Assembly: GCA_043228905.1 (NCBI GenBank)
Contig: JBHGNT010000014.1
Coordinates: forward strand, 2,170,001 to 2,234,000
Length of the DNA stretch: 64,000 nt
Reading direction: 5' to 3'
Source of the DNA: Azolla caroliniana
Lineage: Eukaryota; Plantae; Polypodiophyta
Below, piece by piece: positions 1 to 12,392 of the stretch. The first letter of the stretch is position 1. Each line of letters opens with the position of its first letter. Position numbers and translations under genes: made by a program. A model generated the notes under the pieces. The model was not told where the DNA came from and made no database searches. It was given only the letters and a program-made list of their open reading frames with translations.

Positions 1-79
1 GTTAGTTATATACTAACTGACTTAGGGCAACAACCCTTTCTAGTATTTACATAAATAGCCTAAACCTAGTGTGTCCATA

Positions 80-452
80 TGTACGTACTTACCTACATAA
101 CATACATAGATATACATACTTATGTACCTACCTAGATAACATACATACATACATACATAACATATGTACCTACCTACCTACCTACATACATACATACATA
201 CATACATAGGTACATAGGTACATAGATATACATCCATACGTCCCTACCTACATAACATACATACATAGGTACATAGATATACATACATACGTCCCTACCT
301 ACATAACATACATACATACATACATAACATATGTACCTACATACATACATACATAACATACGTACCTACCTACCTACATACATACATACATACACATACG
401 TACGTACCTACATAACATACATACATACACACACGTACGTACATACATACAT
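80..452. repeat. Compound (TACA/TACC)n-type microsatellite
   Basis: Degenerate tacatacatacctacctaca tandem array. The ORFs at 174-359 and 370-621 are repeat translations (YVCMYVC). Confidence 0.9.
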
Positions 453-2104
453 TCAAGACATGAGATATGGAGTTTAATGGAGCCGAGAAATGTAGAGTTT
501 CTATAGGGGCCAAAACTCTAGCTATGAGACCAAGGAGCAACCGGTGGTGACCTGCTGTGGCTGGGTAGCACACCGGCCCCAGCCGGTGACCCTTCACGTG
601 TTCTACGATAAATCTCCCCATCTCCCCACCTTCTCATGGACCGGCAGTAGCCGGTACAATCCGATCCTGATGGGCGATCATATGAGCCAGTTTTGTTTTT
701 TGTTTTTGTTTTGGATGGGTCTCGACTCTCTCCTTTTCCTCTTCGCCTCTAAAACCGACACAAATTCAGTCAATCTCCTCTGCATCAATTCCATTCAAAT
801 CAAGCTCCCCAGGCATGTCTTTAGCTCCGCTTCCTTTTCCCTCCGGTTAAAACTATTTGCCAAGAAAAGATAAGGAGCAGAGAAGAAGGAACAACAACAA
901 CAAAGGAGGTGGAGGTATGGTATGATATGTTAATCTATAAGTAAGAGAGAGAAATAATGATGATGATTTTGGGGGTTTACGGTGATGGATGATGATGGAT
1001 GCTGTATATGTCGATGATGATGGTTATAGTGATGGATGATGCCAGATATTACGATGATGGTATGGTATGGTGATATTGTGGTATGTATGAATTTTCACTG
1101 AGAGAGAGAGAGAGAGAGGTTGATGATGACGATGAAATGATCCATTGGACCAATCCATGCTTATAAAGCACTCTTGTTGGCAGGCTAGGGTTTAGAATGG
1201 TTTAACAAAAAAGAAGATTTAAAAACCTGTTTCTGAATTTAATTTTTCTTGATCTTCTGTGAGTTTGGTTGATACACTTGTGGTTGAGTGGAAGAGCAAA
1301 GATCATACACTAGTGGTCAAGCAAAGGTGATAAATTTGTTTGTGGTTGAATAGACAACCTATGGTATATGTACCATTGGCATCAACAATATTCACCATCT
1401 AACAGGAATTTCATTTCATGGAGCTCGCGCAAATAGCAACATAGACACTTGCTCTAATCCTCCATCTCTGGATTGTACGCAAGCGGCATGTGGTAGCTCA
1501 AATAGAGTAGGTGATAAAAGGGCATAATTGTTTTGACTCATGAGGAGTTTATAAACATATGGTACATGTTCTATTCTCAAAAATGTTCACCATCTTGCTG
1601 GAAAAGTTTCTGTCTGTCGTCAATCTACATCTTTCTTTTGTCGTATGATCAGTTCTGAACTATATCTTAAGTCATGTGATAAATGTGAACTCATGCCTTT
1701 CAATTGTGAAATGACTATCGTAATTGGGCATACTTGAATGGATAACACATATCAACCAAAAGGTAAAAGATCAGTGTAAACGTGTGAGAATGATTTATCA
1801 ATCGTGTGAGTTTAACTTTGATATGATTCCAATTGCATAATGTGATGAGATTCACATACATGGATCCGTTATCATGATACATGGTGCAAAATTTCATGCT
1901 TATATGTTTATTTTTTGTATCCTTGTTCTTTAATAGCCCATCTATGTCTTGTGTTATTGTCGCTAAATAGCTCATCAATGTTTTGCTCAACACTTGTGGT
2001 TTGTCTGCACAGGGGTATTTCTAAATGCCATTTCGTTCAGCTTGTGAGTTAGAAAGATTTTATTATTATTGGTGGACATCGTCATATTGAAGAACCTTTT
2101 GAGG

Positions 2105-4262
2105 ATGACTTCACCAGGAAGAGGGAATGAGTTTGCCTTTGACTTCTATCAACAAGCCCTCCGTTTGGCACGCAGAGTTGGCTCAAGCAACATTTATGGT
2201 TTTGGGTCTTTATGGAATGGTGGTGAAAGTAGTGATGAAGAGAATGACTTAGCTTTACATGGATCGGGTGATTCCAGTGATGAAGGTGATGACGCAAATG
2301 GGAATTCAGGTATCGAACGTGAGCTTAACAGTTGTGAGGAGGGGAAACATAAGAAACCAGAAATTGGCACAAAGAAAGTGAGTCCTCACAAATTGTCAGC
2401 TAAGGGTGTAGATTTATCCTTGGATTCTTCTATTGCACATTTGACAAAGACTTTGTCTGCACCGGGTCAAGGTTATCGTTGTCATGTGAAGAATGGGATG
2501 GTGCACACCGTGATAATGCTTCATGGAAGGGAAACAAATACATCAAAACGAGGGAGATGGTCAAGGGCTGAATGTTGCCATATGGCGGCAAGATATTTAC
2601 CTGTCGATAGTCCAAAGATTATTGATCAGATGGATAGTAGGGTTTATGTTGGAAAGTTTTCATCAGATGGATCCCTTTTTGTGGGTGGATTTCAGGTGTG
2701 TCATTCTTCGTCAAATGTTTTATGTAAAGCAACCTACTTTTCTCCTTAATTCTGTACTATGTCTCAAACGATAGAACATTTTTATTGCTAGGATCGCCAC
2801 ATACGCGTCTATAATACTAATCAGGGCTGGAGCATCAAGAAAGACATACTTGCCCGCCAATTGCAGTGGACAGTCACTGATACCGCATTATCACACGATC
2901 AGCGTTTTCTTGTGAGGTTTCTTTTATAATGTTGATAGTGCATACATAGGGTGTATGCATAAATACCAAAGTATAATTGCATGCCTTTGTGAGGAACATG
3001 TACATTCATACATCATACATCAGCGATTTCTTGTGAGGTTTCTTTTATAATGTTGATAGTGCATACAAAGGGTGTATGTGAATACCAAAGTCTAAATGCA
3101 TGCCTTTGTGAGGAACATGTACATTCCTACATCAGGTTACTTGTCTTCTCAATTTGGATGCAGGAGTCTGGTTGACCATAATATAGGTTCCAGTTATTGT
3201 TGACATAATTTTATTCAAAATAAGTTCTCATATGTTCATTTTGATATATCTGTCGAGTTTCTTTGAAATATTCTATTGCTAACCTTTTAACTTACAATAG
3301 AATGGCCAAATGACATCCCCAAATCACACACACATATTGCATGTCTAATGAATTCCTCTTGGTTCCCTTTTGTGTACAGATTTATTCAACAATGTCACCT
3401 ATCGTTCATCTAGTGAATATCGAAAATGAAAGTGGTGTTGAGTCTCTTGCAAATATCACGGTACGATGATTTTCATTTTATTTCTTCCTTAAATTTCATT
3501 GTAATCAAGCCACAAGGATGATTGTTCTTCTTCACAGGAACAAAAGATTAGGGCTTGTACAAAACAATACACTTTTTTAGAATTTAGAATATTAAAGGAA
3601 ATCTCAACATGGGCTTATATATTTCATCAACCTACATACACATAGTAAAGGGCAATATAACTGAACTACTCACCTCTAACCTGGAAAAATAGAAAAGAAA
3701 CCTACCAGGATGAGTGAGTTAAGAAGAAAGTTTCCAAAAAATGTGACTGGTAAGAGTTTGAACAGGTAAAAGGCTTTAACAAAATCAATATAACGATTAT
3801 TTCATGGTAAGGACAAGTCTGCTATTGGTGGTGGCGATCCTTTTCTAACCACTCAAAACCCATACAGGAAATCCACAATGGCCTTGATTTCTCAACAAAT
3901 CCATTGAGCGAAGATTCACCAAGTTTGTATTCAGTTCAGTTCTCGAAAGATGGCCGGGAAATAGTAGCTGGGAGTAACAGGAAATCTATATACGTATATG
4001 ATTTGGAGGCCAATCGAATAAGTTTATGCTTACAAGCTCACAATGTATGATGATATTATTGTTTCGATTCTTCATTTCATGCAATGATATGTCAAGATAA
4101 AACATTGGTTTGCATTTAAAGCTGACATATATTTATATACATTTTGCGTGGTTTGCAGGATGATGTAAACTCTGTAACATATGCAGATGAAACGTCTCAC
4201 CTTATAATCTCAGGGAGTGATGATCATACATGCAAGGCAAGTTGTCCTATATGCATTTTGCT

Positions 4263-4306
<44 letters not shown>

Positions 4307-6380
4307 CATACCATAGGACATAATTGTGTGATATTTTTAACATTTTGTTTTATGTGAGTTTTAGGCTTTTCCAAACTGGGTTGTAGTTAATGTTTCTAGT
4401 GAAAAAAATAGGAATCCCTTTATCTCTGTTTATTTTCTTCCTTGAATATCCATGCAATGATTTCAATAATATATGATGCAATATTTCTATCATTATCTCT
4501 CCCTCTCTCTTGCTGGTTGTTGGGTTGGTCGTTTACACCATATCATCAAAGTCATGAGGTTGAAAGAATTGAGTTCATTCTTGCCATGGGCTAGCCCTTG
4601 TCTTATAGATCACAATTGGTCTCCCGTGAACATTAAAAGATATCTATCTATCAATAATAGCTCGCAATGACTTCTACACTTCGTCTACTCTCTTGAAATG
4701 TGAAGGTTGGTTTGTTTGTTTTTTTAGAAACTCTGGTCGTTTTTTTATTTTGTAGGTCTGGGACAGGAGGTGCTTGATGTCAAAAAGCCAGCCAGCGGGA
4801 AAACTTGTGGGGCACTTGGAGGGCATAACATTTATCGATAGCCGTGGAGATGGCAGATATTTTATCTCCAATAGTAAAGATCAAACAATCAAACTTTGGG
4901 ACATCAGGACGATGTCGACCACTACTTCATTAAGGTATATGTGTATATGATGTGGATAAATTGGAGCTATGGAAAAAATCTGAAATACAAGCCTAATTAT
5001 TTATTTTTCCTCAATGCATCACTTTTTCTTTAATTTCCCAAATGCGCCAAAGGTCTCCGTATTTCCCCAAATACTCCTGTTTTTCATTGTTTCCCCAAAA
5101 TGCCCAGATCAACCCCATCTTCAGTAATGGTCTACTTGTCGCATTTGTCCCAAATATATAATGCTAAATTATATGAGGAATTCATCCCTTATTTGTAGAT
5201 TTTGGGAATTCACTGGGGTTCAAGGGTATTTTACGGTGTTTTTCTATTTGAATCATTACGTAACATCCGATTGTATGTTGTGTTAACATCATGCTTCATA
5301 GTTCTTGATTCAAACTTGGATTATGTAGGTAGTGCTAAAATTAGATTAGAGAGATCAAGTGATTATTTTATATTGCCTCGAAAGGAAGCAGAGAATGTGA
5401 CAATTGTTGTGAATTCCTCATGTTTGCAGCAAGATGAAAGGAAAGAAAATACGATCGTATAACTGGGATTATAGATGGATGGATTATCCAGGAGTTGGTT
5501 TAAATATCAAGCACCCGTGTGATCAATCTCTCATGACATACAAAGGTCATCATGTTTTGCGTACACTCATCCGTTGCTACTTTTCACCAGTATTCACGTA
5601 AGTTTGATGCATTGCAGAATTCTTCGAGCATTGTTTCCCTTATAGTTTACATTAATTTTCCTTTTTCTTTTCTCATTAAAAGTTTTCTTAATTTTTTTGT
5701 TCTTATGAAGACACTGATATAATTCCTTCCTAATAGAGTTTCTCTTGTTGAATTTATCTGTCAGAACTGGGCAGAAGTATATATATACCGGATCACATGA
5801 TGCATGTGTATACATATATGATCTGGTACGGATAATTGTACTAATCCATTGTTATTTGCTTGTAAAATGATAATTTAGGATTTAGGCAAAAAATCTACGT
5901 TAGAGATTCAAGTAATGATCTTTATATATCAAGCTAGTAAAGATTTTTGTATCGTATGCCCTGTGAGATACGTGCATACCATGGATTCTATGTAACGATT
6001 AATTTCTATGCACTTCATGATTATCAGTGAAAGATTCAAGTAATCATCGTTACTTATCGAGCTATTTAACATCTTTGAAATTATCGTATGGCCTGTGAGA
6101 CACATGAATACCATGGATTCTATTAACGATTAATTTCTTTGCGCTTCATGATCATCAGGTGACTGGCCAAGTTGTCGGGAAGCTTGCTGGCTTTCATCAG
6201 TCGACTATTCGGGACTGCAGCTGGCATCCTCTTCGTCCAAACCTTGTGAGCTCTTCATGGGATGGGAAAATACTGGAATGGGAGCATCTTCATGGAGACA
6301 AGGACGACAAAAGGTATGTTCGCCGGAAACAAGGTGCATATTCGATGTACTCGGAAATGGATGAATACATGAGCGATTGA
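2105..6380 (+). CDS. WD40-repeat DWD protein, DCAF11/WDR23/LEC14B-like (putative CUL4-DDB1 substrate receptor), ~558 aa. Exons 2105-2695, 2792-2911, 3380-3460, 3868-4044, 4159-4236, 4756-4934, 5430-5597, 5765-5825, 6159-6380
   Basis: Exons join in phase (1677 nt) with GT-AG introns and one GC-AG intron (donor 4237). Motifs: SRVYVGKFSSDGSLF, WTVTDTALS, AHNDDVNSV, SGSDDHTCKVWDRR, GHLEGITFIDSRGDGRYFISNSKDQTIKLWDIR, WDYRW, TYKGHHVLRTLIRCYFSP, TGQKYIYTGS, IRDCSWHP. A non-coding first exon may end near 915 (GAG|GTATGG). The start codon is inferred. Confidence 0.9.
4267..4304. repeat. (CT)n microsatellite in intron 5
   Basis: Direct reading. Confidence 0.95.
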
Positions 6381-6949
6381 TCAAATGTTTGGTAAAAAAA
6401 CCCAAGCAAGAATTTTAGATTGATTCATGTTTAAAATGTTCATATCATTACCAAACTTCTGTTGATTTTGGAATAAAATGTAAAGCTGTCTATCGTTTAT
6501 TGTATTATATAACTGGACAACTTTTATTGCCTATTTTTTAGAGTATTTTGTATTTTGTAAAAAATTGGAATGCTCATTGCTGCTCCTGTGCTCATTATAT
6601 ATATATATATATACTTTCCTGAAGTCGACCACAAGGAAACAATTTGTCCATACTACTGTACTGAAAATCTTTTCTGCAGATCTTGTGGCAAGATAAATCC
6701 TCTTTAAGGTGTTTTAGGACTAGTTTATGTAAAGCACTTTGCCAAATTAGGTAGTTTATGTAAAGCAATTGCCCAAATTAGGTTTTCCTTTCAATTGGTG
6801 TATTGATTATTGTACTCCATGGAGAATAACAATTCCAAGACACTAGTTGTTCTCTAGAATCCAGTACCATATACACTATATTATATGGTGCGGAGAATAG
6901 AGCTCTAGCTCCTTGAGCAAAACCCCATTTAAAGGGTGACAAATTTATC

Positions 6950-9900
6950 TTACTTACCATCAATATCTAAATGCTCCTATCTCGCACAATTGCTTCAAGT
7001 TTGAACTCCCACCATGTTGTCTTTAGGAGCATTATTATGCCCTCTATCGAAGCATGTGTGTGGCATTCAGAAACATAGATAAGAACGTGGTTTTGGACTG
7101 ATAATTATGATCCTAGCAAGATTTTCCCTTGACTTCAGCCCAACTCCAATTTTTCAAATCATCCCAATCGCCCATGAGACCTAATGGTATTCTCATCCTT
7201 TAGAAGGGTTTCCAAATCCCTCCTAATCTTGAACCTTATCAAGTCTTAAGAAGAGGATTGTTGAGTGTCAGGAGATTTCCGAACAATTGCCCAAATTTGC
7301 TAAGTAGTTTCATCATCGTCAATTTCTCAAAGTCAAGATGAGTAATTATTGACTTCGATATTACAAATGAACACCTTAAGCAACAACTGCTTGAATGTTA
7401 AGCAAGTGGTATGGGTAGTGTGTAACTCCCTAATGTGGCTTTGTAGAGTGGTCAACATCACTCAATCAAAGCAACTAATTCTGCTCGGATCATGGTCTCA
7501 CATTTGTTGCATCTCACCTTTGTTAATGTAAAGAGCTTCATGATGATCCTTCCATGGATATCATCTCTGTGTGATGCCTCTTCATGCTTGGTTCACAAAA
7601 ATATATTGCAAAGTATCACAATACACACGTGTTAAGCCAAAACATCAAGGGTTCTGAACCAAGAGATGTTTAGGTTTCATGAGGAAACTCCTGAAGATGA
7701 TGTGATGAGGTGAATCTAATTTTGTAGACATGATTACAAAGCTATTAAAGAGAGTAAAATTCAAATAAACTAGATGATCAAACACCCAAAGCTACCCCGA
7801 TTACAACATTAGAGGCAATCTACTATAAGAATGAAATTTAGAAACAATGTTATTAACTTAACAACTTGGATACAGGAAAGAAGCCCTAAAGTAGATAAAC
7901 TTTTAGTAATTTGCTACTAAGATAGCTTGGACACTTTTGCCCTTAACGTGACGTTGAGCTTGTGCTTTGATGTTGAAACATAATCATTAGTACTTAGTCC
8001 AATAGGATTAGCACACCCTTGCTTCTTAGTTGATTTTGCCGTACTTGAGAAGAAACTATAAAAATACGACAACATCCTCTTTTATAGTTTTTCTCCCTCA
8101 TGAGGTTTTTTCATGCTCACTTCCTATATTTCAAACACTCTTTTCCTTTCAGTTTTGGAATAAAGCATGTCCATGAAGGTTATTTGAGGCATGCCACAAA
8201 GGGTATTATGAGAAATTTGTTAACTATTTGAGACATTTTTTGCAAATTCTCGAATTGCCCACCTTTCTTTACCACCCTTCAATCGCTTGTGTCGCTATAA
8301 TTGTCTACATGTGCTAAATGCACCACACCAAGTATTCACTCACTAAGAGATCGGCACAATTTGCATTTGAAGGACAATACTTCAACTTTGCCTTCTCAAG
8401 TAAATCAAGTTCTCATTTAACATGTTATTGGAGCTTAAAACTTCTTTGTATCATAAGAAGTAATATATTCTTTTCACGACAAGCAATTGTGGCTATCACA
8501 ATAAAATGTGTCAAGCATAATCTAACTAACACCTTGTAATTCATTTTTGCTAAGGACAACAAGACACCCGAACACTTTTTGCAAGTTCAAGAAAAGATTT
8601 GGAACCTTAAGGAGATACAAAATTAAGAAGTAGCCAATATATTCTTTGACCTTTATCCTAGCCAAAATCACACTATCCAACGAGGTTTTTTCATAGGACA
8701 AATTTGGTTTCATATCCAAACACACTTCAGCTACCTTAAGAGCATTCGTTTCAACTTGCTAATGATAATTCGCTAAACTCATTGTGAACTTTAACAAACG
8801 TAGAAGAAAAATATTGATATCGTTTTAATGAAAGACATTAAGAAGTGGTTTAAAAAGTTAGATGGACATCATGTACTTGATGATTCATGGAGAAACTCTT
8901 CAATGGAAAAGGTTTTTCTAAAACACCAAAATATCATGAATTCGGAAAACGAAAGAGTTGTTGCTAAGGACTTGCGAGTCATTACACTTCCCAAGCTTTT
9001 CTATACGAAAAGCTTTATGTAATAATAGTGTAGGAAATTATGCTTAACATTGGAAGATTCTTTGTCCAAACAAGTAAGAAAAGGCCTTACACAAAATGAA
9101 CTTCAAAACTCAGTTTTGTGACTTTTCCAACTAGAATCTCTCTCTCAAGCTCATGATCATCATCTTGTATCGTCTCATTATCTACTTAATTGAAAGTGTT
9201 GTTTAAATTCCTTTCTAAGAGTTGTCCATTCTCCAATTAATTAAACATTGGTTGCTAAGTTTTGTTGTCAATTGAGCACTATTGTACTTAGTTAATATTG
9301 CGCCCAAAGCTTAGAAGCCATTGATGGCCTCTTCCACTGTCTTGTCTACAATAAGGAATACTTTGATACAATCATGATAAATGACCTCTACCAAAAAACA
9401 ACCACTAGTTGAGTAAAGGTCTAGCTTGGAAGAGTGTAGCTTGCAATGAAGAGGAATGCCATCAATCATGAGCTATCTCGCTTGGAGTGCAACAATATCT
9501 AGTAAGATACATTATAGGATCCAAAGTCTTTTATGAAGTCCTAATCCTCAACATGAATGTGCTTTTCTTTGCTTGAAGGTCATAATTGACTTCTAACTAA
9601 AGGATGATAACAACTCTACCACCTTGGAAAAAGACAATTTTGTTATACTATTCCATATGTTATTTGACCTTTTTCTATGTTGATCTTTTGTATTTTTCAT
9701 TGTTCTATTGCATGGTAGTCTATAAACAATCTTTGACATGAGGTCCACATTAAGATGATGCATACTCAAAAATATTTTTCTTGGATAACTAGAATTGCAA
9801 AATAACTAGGATGATCATATATGGTTATGTATAGAAAGACTAACAAGGTTTATCTATCAAAGAGCCCAACTGTGCCATAACATAATTTTGCAAGTTAAGC

Positions 9901-11800
9901 TTCAAACTAAATGCACTATATCCATGTCAAACACATACTATTGTTCTTATGGACGCAAGAATTTAAAGTTCCCATTTTATGTATACGTTATCAACCTAGT
10001 TAATTTGTTGACTTGTTGACGTTGACTCAAGTAATTAAGAAAGCATAAATTATGCATAACAAGAATGCTAGTTATTGTCGTTTGTTACATAATTTTAAAA
10101 GTATTGGCTAGTAAAGAGTCTTTTAAAACAAATCGCAAACGCAACCTTCAAATCCCAACAAGAAAGTATCAGTCAAAATCCAATTTTACTCTAATTTGTT
10201 AAATCAAGTCAATTACGGATATTCCTCATGAGAAATATCATATGTTTTGGCATGCTTGCCTAAATTCTCTCAAACCTAAATTCTCTCAAATATGATCTAT
10301 TGAGTTAAAAGATCATAGGTTATAACCAATAGAGAATTTGTCTCTTTTCCCTTCAAGGAAATAATTTATTTTTAATACTAAAAAAAGTAAGAGTTAAAAG
10401 AAACTAGTGCTAGGATATTTGTAGCATTTCCGTAAGTACTGACATTAATTATAGAGAATTACAGAAAGGTATCATTGTTATGTAACGTGTCATGTTGAAA
10501 TTGCATAGACGACATAGAAACTAGATTCACCTAGTCAAAATTTTGTTGGCAAATATACTTCTTGCATTTCATGTCCCTATGAGATGTATTATATCATAGT
10601 GTGGTAATAAAATGATGTGAAATCAAAGTATGACAATAATTGAGGTCATCGTGAACCTAATTCATTATTTTGGTGAAGGGGAAAGTGGACTTCATAAACA
10701 ACCACTCTTATTCCAAAGAATACACTCCCTAATTTTTAAGCAAAAATAAAGTAAGAATTGAATTTTGGATGTGTATATTGTTGATACATCTACATCCAAG
10801 AGTGGACATTCATTAGAATCATGGAAAAATTCTATGTCAACAATGCATACATTTTGAAAGTGAATAGAATGGGGCAATTGTATCGAAAAAACACCAAAAG
10901 ACTATAGGGATAAAGATATTGGAGCTTTAACTTGTAATGTGCTTATTACCTATAGATGATAAGGATACATGTTAGGAATTTGATTAAAAACTAAACACTT
11001 ATATCGTTTTTATAAATTTGATTTAATGGTGTATGGAGTTGTGCACTATAACAAGAAAACACCCCCAACTCCTTGACTTCCTTCAGTATATTAGTAGTAA
11101 TTGTAAACTCAAGTTTTTGAAAAAACACCTTTGGATTTTACATGATGTGGGGAGACTTGACAAACTATTTTTTGGAGGTTAGTGATAACTTTTTGTTAGA
11201 GTGACTTAGTAGACTTCTAGGTAGAGCTTTAGATAACTTAGACTTGGAAGAGCATTTCCTCTACTTTGAAGAATTTCTTTAAAAGAAAAAGAGAGTTTTG
11301 TGTCCACATGGCTGAACCCACAATGCATGCATAAAGCCAACAAGTGACAATCTCATGTGAGTTTCTCCTTGGTTCCTTTTCTATTTTGCTAAAAAACATT
11401 ACTTTTTATGATTATCGCCTTTCTTGTTTCTGAACCAAAGAAATAACGGAAAACAATTTGGAAATATTTGCATGCTAACAACTTCTACACACCATGAACT
11501 TGGACAACATAACTCATGGGAAAAATATAAAGAGACTTTAAGTATTGTTTTTTGAAGGGAGATTTTCACCAAAAAAAAGGTGCAATATGAAAGTATTGAA
11601 GATAAGGTGGAAAATGAACCTGATATGGTTTTATGTTGTTTTCACATGTGATTAACTTTATCAAAATGTAAATGTTTTATTGTTAACCTAACTTGAAATG
11701 GATTCAAAACAGAGCTTGGGGGGTGATTGAGAATGTGATTTTACAATTTCGAATCTAAATACGGCAAGATGGAAAGAGATATGAAACTTGAAAGTATGAC
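6950..11800 (-). other. Heavily decayed transposon-derived sequence: possible LTR/PBS/gag remnant near 6960-7900 and possible hAT transposase C-terminal remnant near 8350-8700
   Basis: Degenerate PBS-like TGGTTCAGAACC on the minus strand at ~7650-7662. The minus-strand peptide near 8400-8540 (NYKVLVRLCLT..ATIACRE) loosely resembles the hAT dimerisation motif. No long ORFs; boundaries are approximate. Confidence 0.3.
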
Positions 11801-11903
11801 AAGAACTTACAAGATACCAACCCTAATACAACACCCATAATATCTATGGGGTTGATGACATGTTTATACAAGAAGATATAGGTCGGTGATTATATATCTT
11901 GAC

Positions 11904-12392
11904 TAGCAATGGGCACAGTTTTGGCTCAAACCGAACCAAACCGTTAAGCCATGGTTTAACGGTTTATTGGTTCCCAAAATATTTAATGGTTTGGTTTGGT
12001 TTGGATTCCCGATAAACGGTTCGGTTTTGGTTCTAAAACTCGAGTTTATAGGTTTACAGGTTTGGTTTAAAGGTTTTTGGTTAACTTTTTTTTTTTAACC
12101 TTAATAGTTTATTGATGTAATGGTTTAATTAATGGTTTTTTATTGATTTAATAAATTTAACTTAAATGCTTATTTAATTTAATGTATTTTTGTTTCTTTA
12201 GATGTTTAACTAGTTTGACTTAAGTGGTTAGGTTTAAATTTTGTTTTAAATGGCTCGGTTCGGTTTCAACTTTTCCTTAAACGGTTTGGTTTTAACTTTT
12301 TCTTAAATGGTTTGGTTTAAATACTGAGAGTTCATAAACGGTTTGGTTTGGTTTTTTTGCCTTGAAACCGAACTGAACCGTGCCCATTGCTA
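11904..12392. mobile_element. hAT-family MITE (489 bp)
   Basis: TIRs TAGCAATGGGCAC/GTGCCCATTGCTA and a perfect 8-bp TSD ATCTTGAC (11896-11903, 12393-12400). Many subterminal AACCG/CGGTT motifs. Confidence 0.92.

Noticed and set aside
544-873. 109-aa ORF upstream of the WD40 gene
   Set aside because: Non-ATG start and no recognisable motif; probably promoter or 5' UTR.
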